This document shows positions 26,599 to 35,365 of a stretch of DNA of 64,000 nucleotides, in pieces; position 1 is the stretch's first letter; each line of letters opens with the position of its first letter. The notes beneath the pieces are model-generated. The model saw nothing but the letters and a program-made list of their open reading frames with translations, had not been told where the DNA came from and did no database searches. The stretch covers positions 14,225-78,224 of the forward strand of contig CALXSL010000010.1 in assembly GCA_944391135.1 (NCBI GenBank), read 5' to 3'. Both the position numbers and the translations under genes were made by a program. Origin of the DNA: an uncultured Opitutales bacterium (lineage in GTDB: Bacteria > Verrucomicrobiota > Verrucomicrobiia > Opitutales > Intestinicryptomonadaceae).

Positions 26599-28617
26599 TT
26601 ATTTTTTATTAACATAATCATAATAACGGCCTTTATATATGTTATTTCCGTGTTCATCTTTTTCCTTAACGAGCGAACCATTTCGTATAAATGTGAAGCG
26701 TAAATTATTTGCCTTATCTTCAGAAATTTCCTTTTCAAAATGCTCTTTATGTAAGCTTTGAATTTTTTTAATAATTTCCCTGTACGTCATAGGCTCAAAC
26801 ATCTCCCATCCAAATACATCGCATTTGTGCTTAGGACGTTTTTCACCCTTCACAACCTCGCCCGGCTTCTCCGTCCGCTCCCAAAAGATATTGCCGTTTT
26901 CGCCCTGCCTGAGATATACCACGGGCTCACATTCAGCCCGCTTGCCGCGCTTGCTGTAAACGAAATCAAACACCTTTCCGTCGTCCTTGTTCTGGAAGAT
27001 GGTCGATGTGGCTCTCACATAATTTGTGAGCTCGCTTGACCCAGTTCCGGCGTAAGAAAGCGCGTTGCCAGACTGTTCTTCATCCTTTGAGCGCGGCTTG
27101 CCTGTGTGGTGCATGATAATAAGGCCCAACTGGTACCGCTGGATGATAGGATGCACCGTGTTGCGCAGAAAGGCCGAACACGTTTCCTGCTTCGAGATGT
27201 CGCCGCCTATGTATGAAAGCAGCGGGTCGATAATCACAATGTCCGGCTTTTTCGTCTTGGCGACGCGCTCAAGCAGCCGCCCGAAGTTCTTGCCGCACTC
27301 CGAACTGTTCGGAAATACCGAAAAGTTTTCGTTGAGGATTTTCCTGTCGGCCGCGCTGAGTTCCAAATTTTCGCAAATGGAATGCAGAGGCTCCACCAGG
27401 TCGAGCTTGTTGTTTTCGGCCTGTATCATAGCAATCCTAAGCGGCTTGACTGGCTTCAGGCCCCACAAATCGCGCCCGAGAGAAAAGGATATTCCCATTT
27501 GCATTGCAAGCACCGACTTTCCGACGCCCGACTGCGCCACGACAAGCCATGACCCCTCGCGCGTGAGAAATCGGTTGCCCAAAAGGTTGTCGCTCTTGTC
27601 TTCGGCCGACGTGTTGAACAGGTCGTTGAACGTAAGCTCCGTGAACTCAAAATCGTTGGCCTTGATTTCGGCCTCCCATTCGGCCCAGGACGCGCAGCCC
27701 TCGTTCACCGACACAAGGAACTGCTTTCTGCCGCCGCGGAACACGCCGGGCATGCGCGAAAGCCTCGCCTGGTTTTTGCAGGCTTTGTCTACTATGAATT
27801 TTTCCTTTTGCAGCCTGTCGAACAGAAATGCGACGCGCTGCTTGTAGAGCTTCCAATCCTCGCCCGCCTCGATTTTCACAATGGCATGGACGCTCTTTCC
27901 GCCGCTGTTGACAATGGCCGCGCACGGCAAGCGCAGACGCCTTATAGTCGCAAGCTGCTCGTCAATGCCCATGCCGTCAGACTCGACAAGCACATGCCGG
28001 CAGTCGGCGATGTCGTCGTTTTTCGAGCCGTCTGCGCCGGGTTTTACCGGATTGAAGCGAATCCACGCCCCTGCGTCCTTCTTGTAATCGCCGACGGCAA
28101 AGGTTATGTCGTCATACTTCTGGAGGTCTGCCAGCAAGTCCGCAACCGGGCGAACCGTGCCCTTTGAGGCAGGAAGCCACTTGCCGTCGCGCTCATAGGC
28201 GTCCATCACATAGTTGACGTGCTCGCCGTCCTTGAACACCGCTTGGAGATAACGGATAAGGTCGGTGTTGCTGAAAATCTTTGCGATTTCCCCCGCGTTC
28301 GCCGAAATCGGCACAACGTCGTCCCAGTCGTAGGCGTGCCCCGCATACGGGTCGAAGCCGTCCGCGCGGGCCCACTCGACAAGCGAGCCCATACCGAGCG
28401 TCGAGCCCGACAAGGAAAAGGTGCGCCACTTTTCGGCGCACGCCCCCTCCTTGTATTTTGCCGACTGCCTGCTCCACGAATCCCAGGCGTCGCACGGCGC
28501 CCCCGCATGGTACAGTGCCATGCCGACGGCAAGCCAATCCTCATAAGAGTCCGCCCGCCCCGATGAAAGGCGCGGGAGGATTTCGTTTATCAAATCCAAA
28601 TCTGTTGTAGCTGTCAT
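26599..28617 (-). CDS. primase-helicase (PriCT-type primase region + RepA/DnaB-like AAA_25 ATPase)
   Basis: 672 aa. N-terminal YEDWLAVGMALYHAGAPCDAWDSWSRQSAKY (PriCT-like). Central P-loop VVAQSGVGKSVLAMQMG and IIDPL Walker B. Confidence 0.75.
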   Translation of the reverse strand: MTATTDLDLINEILPRLSSGRADSYEDWLAVGMALYHAGAPCDAWDSWSRQSAKYKEGACAEKWRTFSLSGSTLGMGSLVEWARADGFDPYAGHAYDWDDVVPISANAGEIAKIFSNTDLIRYLQAVFKDGEHVNYVMDAYERDGKWLPASKGTVRPVADLLADLQKYDDITFAVGDYKKDAGAWIRFNPVKPGADGSKNDDIADCRHVLVESDGMGIDEQLATIRRLRLPCAAIVNSGGKSVHAIVKIEAGEDWKLYKQRVAFLFDRLQKEKFIVDKACKNQARLSRMPGVFRGGRKQFLVSVNEGCASWAEWEAEIKANDFEFTELTFNDLFNTSAEDKSDNLLGNRFLTREGSWLVVAQSGVGKSVLAMQMGISFSLGRDLWGLKPVKPLRIAMIQAENNKLDLVEPLHSICENLELSAADRKILNENFSVFPNSSECGKNFGRLLERVAKTKKPDIVIIDPLLSYIGGDISKQETCSAFLRNTVHPIIQRYQLGLIIMHHTGKPRSKDEEQSGNALSYAGTGSSELTNYVRATSTIFQNKDDGKVFDFVYSKRGKRAECEPVVYLRQGENGNIFWERTEKPGEVVKGEKRPKHKCDVFGWEMFEPMTYREIIKKIQSLHKEHFEKEISEDKANNLRFTFIRNGSLVKEKDEHGNNIYKGRYYDYVNKK

Positions 28618-30090
28618 TTAGTATGCTTTCGCGTAATAAGGTTTTCTAAAGTTGTTTGCATAAATCATGCTGATAGTCGCGCTCGCCGCATCGCGGCTCC
28701 ATCCGCCCGCATTTTTGTATCCGTACCTCTGGAGGAACTTCATCTGCTTGGGCGTGCAAAGCCCCGCCTTGTAGCGCTGGTCCATACGGTCGATAATCTT
28801 GCTGGCATAGCCCTTGTTCGGAATTGTCGAACGGTCAAAGCCGTTTTCTTCTAAAAGAGCGAGCTGCTTTTCCGTCGGCGGCTCGGACTCCCAAGGCATT
28901 TCAGGCTCGTAATCATATAAATCGTCGTCATTGAGCGACAAGGCGTATTGAAGAGGGTCAAGCAACTTGCGGCTGCGAGTCGAAAGAACTTTCAGCCTGT
29001 CGGCTATCGCGCCCTCACGCTGCTTCCTGATGTCCTTGTCGGCGGTGTCTTCAAGCTCCATCAAATCAAGCTGCTTCCCGGCTCCCTTCTCCTCGGAAAT
29101 CTTGCGCATCTTCGCCGCGATTTCCGCCTTCGGCGCGATAAGGTGCGCCGCATGGCAAAGGTCGTGCTTCGCGGAATGCCAAAGGAAATCGAGCACAAGC
29201 AAGTTTTCCTTGCCCTCGCAAAGGCGGGTTCCACGCCCGACAATCTGGCTGTAAAGCGCCCTGCCCTTTGTCGGCCGCAGACAGACAACACAGTCAATAG
29301 ACGGTTCGTCAAAGCCTTCGGTAAGCAACATGGAATTGCACAACACGTCGATTTTTCCGTCTTTGAGACGCCCGAGAATTTCCCTGCGGTCTTCGCTCTT
29401 GCCGTCGATATGCTCCGCCCGGAATCCGCGGGCCTTGAGCAGTTCGGTCATGCGCTTGGAAGTCGCAATTAGCGGCAGAAATATAAGAGTCTTTCTGTCG
29501 CGCGGAATGTTCCCTGCGATTTCCTCCAGATAGGGCTCAAGAGCGGAACCAATCTCCCCTGCATCGTAATCGCCCGCCTTCACATGGACGTTCGATAGGT
29601 CGATTTTTAAAGGTATAGTCTCGCAGACAATCTTTGAGAGATAACCCTGCTTTATGGCGTCGCGTATCGAATACTCGTATGCGACCGACTCGAACACCGC
29701 TCCGAGGTTTTTCTTGTCGCCCCTGTCGGGCGTGGCTGTGACACCCAGCACCTTCGCGCCGTTCCAGTAGTCGAGAATATTCCGATAGCTGTCCGACAAG
29801 GCATGGTGCGCCTCGTCAACGATTATGGTGCCGTAATAGTCGCGCGGGAAACGCTCCAAACGGCTTTGCCGCATGAGGGTTTGCACGCTGCCGCAAGTGA
29901 TATTGTAAAAGCTGCCAAGGGCGGTTTCCTCAGCCTTTTCGACGGCGCACGTTAAGCCGCACGCCATTTGAATCTTGTCGGCGGCCTGCCTGATAAGCTC
30001 GTCTCGATGAGCGAGGACAAGAACCCTCCCCGTCTGCGACCGTTGCGCGGCAATATTTGCAAATACGATGGTTTTTCCGGTTAACCACAC
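28618..30090 (-). CDS. SF2 (DEAD/ResIII-type) helicase, main ORF lacking its native N-terminus
   Basis: 490 aa. LTGKT P-loop at the extreme N-terminus (GTG start only), DEAHH, TATPDR, and a helicase C domain. Confidence 0.75.
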   Translation of the reverse strand: MWLTGKTIVFANIAAQRSQTGRVLVLAHRDELIRQAADKIQMACGLTCAVEKAEETALGSFYNITCGSVQTLMRQSRLERFPRDYYGTIIVDEAHHALSDSYRNILDYWNGAKVLGVTATPDRGDKKNLGAVFESVAYEYSIRDAIKQGYLSKIVCETIPLKIDLSNVHVKAGDYDAGEIGSALEPYLEEIAGNIPRDRKTLIFLPLIATSKRMTELLKARGFRAEHIDGKSEDRREILGRLKDGKIDVLCNSMLLTEGFDEPSIDCVVCLRPTKGRALYSQIVGRGTRLCEGKENLLVLDFLWHSAKHDLCHAAHLIAPKAEIAAKMRKISEEKGAGKQLDLMELEDTADKDIRKQREGAIADRLKVLSTRSRKLLDPLQYALSLNDDDLYDYEPEMPWESEPPTEKQLALLEENGFDRSTIPNKGYASKIIDRMDQRYKAGLCTPKQMKFLQRYGYKNAGGWSRDAASATISMIYANNFRKPYYAKAY

Positions 30091-30182
30091 CCCGTCGGAA
30101 GTACCAACAGGGTGCGATTAAATCCTTTCCATTCTTCGTTTATTCTTGTTATAGCCTCTTCCTGATACGGCCTAAGTTTCAT
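30081..30182 (-). CDS. N-terminal fragment of the same SF2 helicase (33 codons, other frame)
   Basis: Own translation gives MKLRPYQEEAITRINEEWKGFNRTLLVLPTGCG-stop. ATG 30182 forms an ATGA overlap with the upstream gene's stop. Confidence 0.6.
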   Translation of the reverse strand: MKLRPYQEEAITRINEEWKGFNRTLLVLPTGCG

Positions 30183-30397
30183 AAAAGTCCTTTCATTCTC
30201 ATTCTCCTCGCCCTTCGCCTGCCCTCCCGGACGGCTAGGCCGTGCCGATGGTCCACGACACGCTCGGGCATTGGGGCAGGCTTTTTAAGCAAGCCGCGCT
30301 TTAGGCCCCACTCGACGGACGCCCTCGCCTCACGGTAATCGAGGCGCGACATGGAGTCCTCCTTAGATTCGAGAAGCCTGATGATATCGCTATTCAT
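30179..30397 (-). CDS. hypothetical small protein
   Basis: Internal ATG 30397 (MNSDIIRLLE...) forms an ATGA overlap with the upstream stop. 72 aa. Confidence 0.45.
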   Translation of the reverse strand: MNSDIIRLLESKEDSMSRLDYREARASVEWGLKRGLLKKPAPMPERVVDHRHGLAVREGRRRARRMRMKGLL

Positions 30398-31059
30398 TTC
30401 TGCGCTCCTTTCAGCATGGCGTCGCACTTGGCTATGATTGAATCGGCAACAGTAACACCCATAAATTGTGCTATCTTTCTAATCGCTTCGATTTCATCCG
30501 CCGTGAACTGCGGCGTTGGATTTCCCATAACAGCGCACTCGGCCACAAGCTTGTTTAGCCAGTCTTGGGCCGCTTGCTTGGCTTCCTCCATCGTTAAAAA
30601 CCTCTTTACGCACTCAAGAGTAATATACGCATTAGAGTGATAGTCGCCGTAGTAAATATCAAAAATAAATGGCAGTTCTTTCTCTTCTGGCTTATTATTT
30701 TCCCACGCTTCATATACTTGAATTTGAAACTTACCTATTTTACCAAATTCTACCAATTGTACCTTTTCCCACACAATCGGCTTTGCGACTGGCGCGACGT
30801 TTTTAAACGCTTCATCAAAATATCCTTCGGCAACGCCTATAACATGAGACTTGCCGTCTTTGAGTAGCGTCAAGTCCGCTTCCAGCTCCGCAATGCGCTT
30901 GTTGGCTTGCTCAATCTCCTGCTCTGGCGTGATGCCGTTGCCGTGATAGTACGTGCAAAATATCCATTTCTCAACAAACGCTTCGCTTCTTTTGCATTTG
31001 TAGCCGTTTTTGTCGCACCACTCACAATTCGCGCAACACGCCTTCGGTTTACTTTCCAT
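30394..31059 (-). CDS. Cys-motif (CCxNCEW) protein, paralog 1
   Basis: 221 aa. N-terminus KACCANCEWCDKNGYKCKRSEAFVEKWIFCTYYHG, followed by a coiled coil. Confidence 0.55.
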   Translation of the reverse strand: MESKPKACCANCEWCDKNGYKCKRSEAFVEKWIFCTYYHGNGITPEQEIEQANKRIAELEADLTLLKDGKSHVIGVAEGYFDEAFKNVAPVAKPIVWEKVQLVEFGKIGKFQIQVYEAWENNKPEEKELPFIFDIYYGDYHSNAYITLECVKRFLTMEEAKQAAQDWLNKLVAECAVMGNPTPQFTADEIEAIRKIAQFMGVTVADSIIAKCDAMLKGAQK

Positions 31060-31492
31060 CCTCGCCCTCGCTTTCTCCGCGCAACAGGGCGCGCGCTTCG
31101 TCTTGCAAAGGATTATCTATCGCGAGCACGATACCCCCATGGTTGTACACCAGCTCGTCGCTCTCTGCAATATGCGCGATAAAGGCCGTAAGCTCGTCTA
31201 GGCGTTCTTTCATTAGTTTTTGATAAATACTCCCCGCTGTATCATCCCGTTGCGTATGATTTGCGACTTGGTCGATTAGGTCGCCTACATAATCAGCCTT
31301 GAAAAGACCGCCCGTTTCTAAAATTTCCTTTTTTATCGTTTGAGCATACCAAAGTTCAGACTGATTAAGAAATTCATGATAATATTTACAATTTCTTCCG
31401 GAATCTATAACCTCGGGGATAAAGCATCTTCCGAAGTTATCCCACTCACAGTTTCCGCAACACGGTTCCATTTTTTTTGATTTCCCGCTCAT
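31049..31492 (-). CDS. Cys-motif (CCxNCEW) protein, paralog 2
   Basis: 147 aa. N-terminus EPCCGNCEWDNFGRCFIPEVIDSGRNCKYYHE. ATGA overlap with the upstream MazG-like gene. Confidence 0.55.
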   Translation of the reverse strand: MSGKSKKMEPCCGNCEWDNFGRCFIPEVIDSGRNCKYYHEFLNQSELWYAQTIKKEILETGGLFKADYVGDLIDQVANHTQRDDTAGSIYQKLMKERLDELTAFIAHIAESDELVYNHGGIVLAIDNPLQDEARALLRGESEGEDGK

Positions 31493-31797
31493 CTGTCGTC
31501 GCCCTCCCCGCTTATCGCGTTTCTCTGGCGCCTGTCCTCAAGCTTCGCAAGGTTAACCCGCGCAACATCCTCAAGCGTATAGCCAAGCTGTTCGGCGCAC
31601 CCGGCAACGTACCACAGCACGTCTCCAAGCTCCTTGAGTGCGGCGCGCTTGTCGAACTCCCCGTCGCGGATAAGCTTCTTTACCTTGCCCGCCACTTCGC
31701 CCGCTTCGGACGCCAATCCAAGCGCCATGTAGTTCAAATTTTTCGATTCCTCCATGCAGGTCTGCATGGCTTTTGTCTGATATTCGTTTAATGTCAT
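31489..31797 (-). CDS. MazG-like nucleotide pyrophosphohydrolase (phage type)
   Basis: 102 aa. LNEYQ...LGLASEAGEVAGKVKKLIRD...ELGDVLWYVA. Confidence 0.8.
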   Translation of the reverse strand: MTLNEYQTKAMQTCMEESKNLNYMALGLASEAGEVAGKVKKLIRDGEFDKRAALKELGDVLWYVAGCAEQLGYTLEDVARVNLAKLEDRRQRNAISGEGDDR

Positions 31798-31809
31798 ATT
31801 AAAAAATCT

Positions 31810-31947
31810 TTAAAAAGTGACGGACGCGGTAAGCACTGCCGCCGCAATCCAATAAATGAACCTCCGCCAATCGCCGTCCTGAACCGCGTAAACGAGCGCG
31901 GCCAGAACGTCGAGGGCGATTAAAATGCAAGGGAACAGCCTACTCAT
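31810..31947 (-). CDS. small membrane protein
   Basis: Own translation gives MSRLFPCILIALDVLAALVYAVQDGDWRRFIYWIAAAVLTASVTF (2 TM). It overlaps the RuvC-like stop by 8 nt and is below the track cutoff. Confidence 0.3.
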   Translation of the reverse strand: MSRLFPCILIALDVLAALVYAVQDGDWRRFIYWIAAAVLTASVTF

Positions 31948-32389
31948 TCCGAGCCCTTCCGTAATCCGCTATCAAAATCGCGTCGCAGGTCTTCAGCGTC
32001 GGCTTCAACTGCGGGAACCTCTGCTGCGCTAGATTATGCAGCGCACGCTTCCTCTGCGCGTAAACCTTTATCGAGGCGATACCCGGGAGCCCCTGCTGCC
32101 ACGCCTTCGGACGCACTGTCTCAAATGGAATTTCAAGGGCCATAAGAAGGCCCTCAATAATCCCGACGTTGCGCCCAAGCTTGAAGGAACTCGGAGGCGT
32201 GATGGGAGAGCCCGCTACAGTTCCGGTAAGCTCCTCGACATACGCCTTGACATCTTCGCCCCGAAGCACGGACAAAATATCCAAATATCCCGCCGCAGTC
32301 TTGAACGGCGAAGCCGACGCCCCGCTGGGCGAAATTATGCAAAGCCCGCCGTTTACGCCGGGGTCTATGCCGACAATAAACCTGCTCAT
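31940..32389 (-). CDS. RuvC-like Holliday junction resolvase
   Basis: Internal ATG 32389 (ATGA overlap). MSRFIVGIDPGVNGGL catalytic Asp context, and a C-terminal DAILIADYG. Confidence 0.7.
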   Translation of the reverse strand: MSRFIVGIDPGVNGGLCIISPSGASASPFKTAAGYLDILSVLRGEDVKAYVEELTGTVAGSPITPPSSFKLGRNVGIIEGLLMALEIPFETVRPKAWQQGLPGIASIKVYAQRKRALHNLAQQRFPQLKPTLKTCDAILIADYGRARNE

Positions 32390-32637
32390 AATTCGGCCCT
32401 CGCAATGCAAAGCTCGGCTTTGTCGAAACATTCGCCACGTGAAGAATCATCGGGATTAAAGCACACATACGGAAAACCGTCATAATCTTTGCCTCCGCAG
32501 AAATGCCAAAACACTCGTTTCACGCGCTTACCGTCGTCATTCTCGACTCCGAGCCATTTTATTATCTGCCGCCTTTCATTTTTGGTCGGCTCAAAATCCT
32601 TGAGGCGTTCAATAATTTTTTCTATTGTCTTTTCCAT
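32386..32637 (-). CDS. hypothetical protein
   Basis: 83-aa ORF in the tightly coupled replication operon. Confidence 0.45.
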   Translation of the reverse strand: MEKTIEKIIERLKDFEPTKNERRQIIKWLGVENDDGKRVKRVFWHFCGGKDYDGFPYVCFNPDDSSRGECFDKAELCIARAEL

Positions 32638-32650
32638 ACCGTTCTCCCCA

Positions 32651-33418
32651 TCAGCAAAAATCCGTTATTTCAACTGTTGCAGGAACGTTAAGCATCTTTT
32701 CGGCCACGGCCCAGGTCGCCCGAAGGTCGCAAAGCAGATACTCTTCCGCGCACTTGCGCATCACAGGGTCGCCGCCCTCAAAATGCTGCGCGAAATTCTC
32801 GCCCGTAACCTCGCCCTCGTATTTGCCGGGGACGCCGAAAAACTTTGCGGCATTGTCGAGGCTCAGCTTGTAGCCGTATTCTCCGCAGGCGAATTTCTCC
32901 ATGAGGTCGATAAAATCTACCGACAAAAAACGCCCGTTGTAGATTGACGTGGGGAACTGCACGCCGCGCATCCACGAGCGGCGGACAAGAAACGGAACGT
33001 CGAAGCCCGCGATATTCCAGCCGACAAAGTTGTCGCCGTGCGTGCCATAGAACTCCCAAAACTTTTTAAGAATGTCGGCCTCTTCTCCGGAAAGGATTGT
33101 CTCTTCGCTTTCGGTCTTTATGCCGATTGCGACAACCCGCCCGCAAAGGGCGTTGAGGGCCGCCTTTGACACTACTTTCGCTTGGTATTCAAGCCTGGCC
33201 TTTTCATAGGCCTCCTCGTGCTCCTTAACGCGCTGCGGATACTCTTCCTCTGCCTCACGGATTTTCTCGGTAATCTTATCGGGATTTTTCAGGTTGCCCA
33301 CCTTAACCGCCTTCGGGTCGAAGGGCGGCAGGGGCTCGAAATTCCTGAAAGGCTCGGCAAGCTCAAGGGCCTTGTCCCTAATGCCCGCAGTTTCAATGTC
33401 GAATACGATGAATTTCAT
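32651..33418 (-). CDS. 3'-5' exonuclease related to PolB exonuclease domain
   Basis: Internal ATG 33418. MKFIVFDIETAG (ExoI DxE), GWNIAGFDVPFL (ExoII). Confidence 0.7.
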   Translation of the reverse strand: MKFIVFDIETAGIRDKALELAEPFRNFEPLPPFDPKAVKVGNLKNPDKITEKIREAEEEYPQRVKEHEEAYEKARLEYQAKVVSKAALNALCGRVVAIGIKTESEETILSGEEADILKKFWEFYGTHGDNFVGWNIAGFDVPFLVRRSWMRGVQFPTSIYNGRFLSVDFIDLMEKFACGEYGYKLSLDNAAKFFGVPGKYEGEVTGENFAQHFEGGDPVMRKCAEEYLLCDLRATWAVAEKMLNVPATVEITDFC

Positions 33419-33437
33419 AATGCGAACCTTTCTTTGG

Positions 33438-33923
33438 CTAGAATATGTCCTCGTCCTCGACAGCTGCCGCCGGTACATTGCCGCCCTCGGCTTTCAGGAA
33501 CTGGTCGATTTTGTTTGTATAATATACAATCGGTTTGCCGTCCGCATCCGTCTTGTTGCTCTCCCACGAATCAACCTTGAGCTTCGCCCTGCCCCGGCGG
33601 CCTATGGCCTCTTCTACAAGCCTGCCGAAGTTCTTGCCTTCGCCGACAAGGTTAATCGCGGCAAAGAATCTGTTTATGAAGTATTGCGCCTTGCTGTGCA
33701 GGCTTATCGTCTCATAAACATTGGTTACGCCGCAGTCGGGATTGGTGCATTTGAGCTTGGCCTCCATCATCGGGCAGTTCCATTTCTTGTTGTGCTTCTT
33801 GTTGATTTCGACCACTTCGAAATCGACAATAGTGCCCGCAGGCATCAGGTTGTATGTGTACTCGTTTTCGACGATTTCCACTTCGTCGTCCCAGGAATAT
33901 GCGCGTTCTATTTTGTCTGACAT
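33438..33923 (-). CDS. SSB-like protein (DUF669-type) with acidic C-terminal tip
   Basis: 161 aa ending AAAVEDEDIF, reminiscent of the SSB DDDIPF tail. Positioned between the AAA_24 ATPase and the exonuclease, as in Sak4-type recombination modules. Confidence 0.55.
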   Translation of the reverse strand: MSDKIERAYSWDDEVEIVENEYTYNLMPAGTIVDFEVVEINKKHNKKWNCPMMEAKLKCTNPDCGVTNVYETISLHSKAQYFINRFFAAINLVGEGKNFGRLVEEAIGRRGRAKLKVDSWESNKTDADGKPIVYYTNKIDQFLKAEGGNVPAAAVEDEDIF

Positions 33924-33949
33924 TTTTATAAATCTTTCTGTTTTTAAGG

Positions 33950-35107
33950 TTATTTGCTTGTGCGGTTGTTATTCAAAGACGCCTCTATTTTCTCCCAGTT
34001 GGCGTCCTTAGTCATCTTGGCGATAAGGTCGGCGGGAATGTCCTTGAACTCTGTGCCGGGCTGGACGTAGGCCGTTTTCTTGGCGTTTTTGCCGTAGAGA
34101 TAGGCCAGCAATTCGGCTTCGGTGAACTGCCCGAGCGCGAGCAAGTCGGAAAGCTTTTCATGCGGAGTTCTTTCGACATTTGCCGGAGGCGGCGGTGTTT
34201 CGTCTTTCGGAGCTTCCTGTTTCGGTGCCCCGTCGAGCTTTTGGCCGCCCTGCGGCAGATACGGAAGTATTGCTTTGATGTCCGCGTCGAACTCATCCGC
34301 AACGCCTGTCCAGCGGCTTTTGGCGAGGCAGAAAGACGCCGAGTTTGCACATATCACGCGCTTCTTGCCGCCGCTTGCCTTGCCCTTGCCGTTGTCTTTC
34401 GTCTCGACGTAGGTCTTGCGGAACATGAAAAGCAGCGCGTCGCACCACTCCACTACAATGGGGTTGATTTTCTTTGTAAGCTTCGGCTCATAGCGGTCGA
34501 ACGCTATGCCTTCGTCCGGCGGCTCGATTTTGCGCAAAGTCTGGTGCGCGAGGAATACGACGTTCTTTCCTGCGGCGATGCAGGCGTCGGCAAGCTTTAA
34601 CAGCTTCCTGAACTCTTCCTCAAGATAAGTGTAGCCTTTGCCGTAGCCAAATTCCTCGATGCCGCCTTTCTTCCATTTTGCGCAAATATACTCGGCGCAT
34701 TTCATTTCCGCCCAGTCGGCAGTGTCGAGCACGATGGTGTCGAACTCGCACGCCGCGGCTTCGGACATGACGGACAAAAGGCCCTGCCAGTCGTCCACAA
34801 ACACGCGCGGCGTGTCGATGTGCGTTGACGACCTTTCGGCATCGACTATTAGAGCGTTAGGGAACTGCGAGCCGAGCGTAGTTTTGCCGACGCCGCTTTC
34901 CCCGTAGCAGACAATTTTCTGCGGTTCTATGATTTTTCCGGTGATAATATTCATATTGTATAATCCTTGTTTTTGAAGGTTGTAAATTTCCACGGCGCGC
35001 TCATGCGCCTGGGCGTGGGTGAGGTTGTTTTTCGGGTCTTTGGAATCTCCCATGCAAATTGCGCGGAGTTCCAAAAATTCATAATTTGCCGGGGTTTTGT
35101 CCTCCAT
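33950..35107 (-). CDS. AAA_24 / Sak4-like RecA-fold ATPase
   Basis: P-loop IVCYGESGVGKTTLGSQFPNALIVDAE. ATG 35107 lies 2 nt after the upstream stop. An alternative start is ATG 34954. Confidence 0.7.
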   Translation of the reverse strand: MEDKTPANYEFLELRAICMGDSKDPKNNLTHAQAHERAVEIYNLQKQGLYNMNIITGKIIEPQKIVCYGESGVGKTTLGSQFPNALIVDAERSSTHIDTPRVFVDDWQGLLSVMSEAAACEFDTIVLDTADWAEMKCAEYICAKWKKGGIEEFGYGKGYTYLEEEFRKLLKLADACIAAGKNVVFLAHQTLRKIEPPDEGIAFDRYEPKLTKKINPIVVEWCDALLFMFRKTYVETKDNGKGKASGGKKRVICANSASFCLAKSRWTGVADEFDADIKAILPYLPQGGQKLDGAPKQEAPKDETPPPPANVERTPHEKLSDLLALGQFTEAELLAYLYGKNAKKTAYVQPGTEFKDIPADLIAKMTKDANWEKIEASLNNNRTSK

Positions 35108-35109
35108 TG

Positions 35110-35301
35110 TCAGCCGTTTACGTATTCCTCCATCGCAGAGAGCGGCATACAGTTGCACCACATCAGCAGTTCGCCCTCATCTTGTTCCCTGCACAGCTTG
35201 TGGGCAAAAGCCTTTAAAAGCCTGATGTCCGAAGCATCGGACATACTAAGCCTGATTTTTCTTGTTGACTTCCTTGTCTGTTTTTCCTTTTGTGTTTTCA
35301 T
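35110..35301 (-). CDS. hypothetical small protein
   Basis: 63-aa ORF, basic N-terminus. Confidence 0.4.
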   Translation of the reverse strand: MKTQKEKQTRKSTRKIRLSMSDASDIRLLKAFAHKLCREQDEGELLMWCNCMPLSAMEEYVNG

Positions 35302-35329
35302 AATTTGACTTGCTTTTTAGTTTTACTTG

Positions 35330-35365
35330 AGCCGTTCGGTTGCAGCCGAACGGCTTATTTTTTTT
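35330..35365 (+). terminator. Perfect 10-bp hairpin + T8 (terminator-shaped only on plus strand)
   Basis: AGCCGTTCGG-ttgcag-CCGAACGGCT-TATTTTTTTT. On the coding (minus) strand the run is A8 upstream of the hairpin. Confidence 0.35.

Noticed and set aside
26208-26738. 176-aa minus-strand ORF spanning the iteron region.
   Set aside because: It overlaps the 3' end of the primase-helicase gene in another frame and reads straight through the repeats. Its sequence is Cys/Arg/His-rich and repetitive as a consequence of the iterons.
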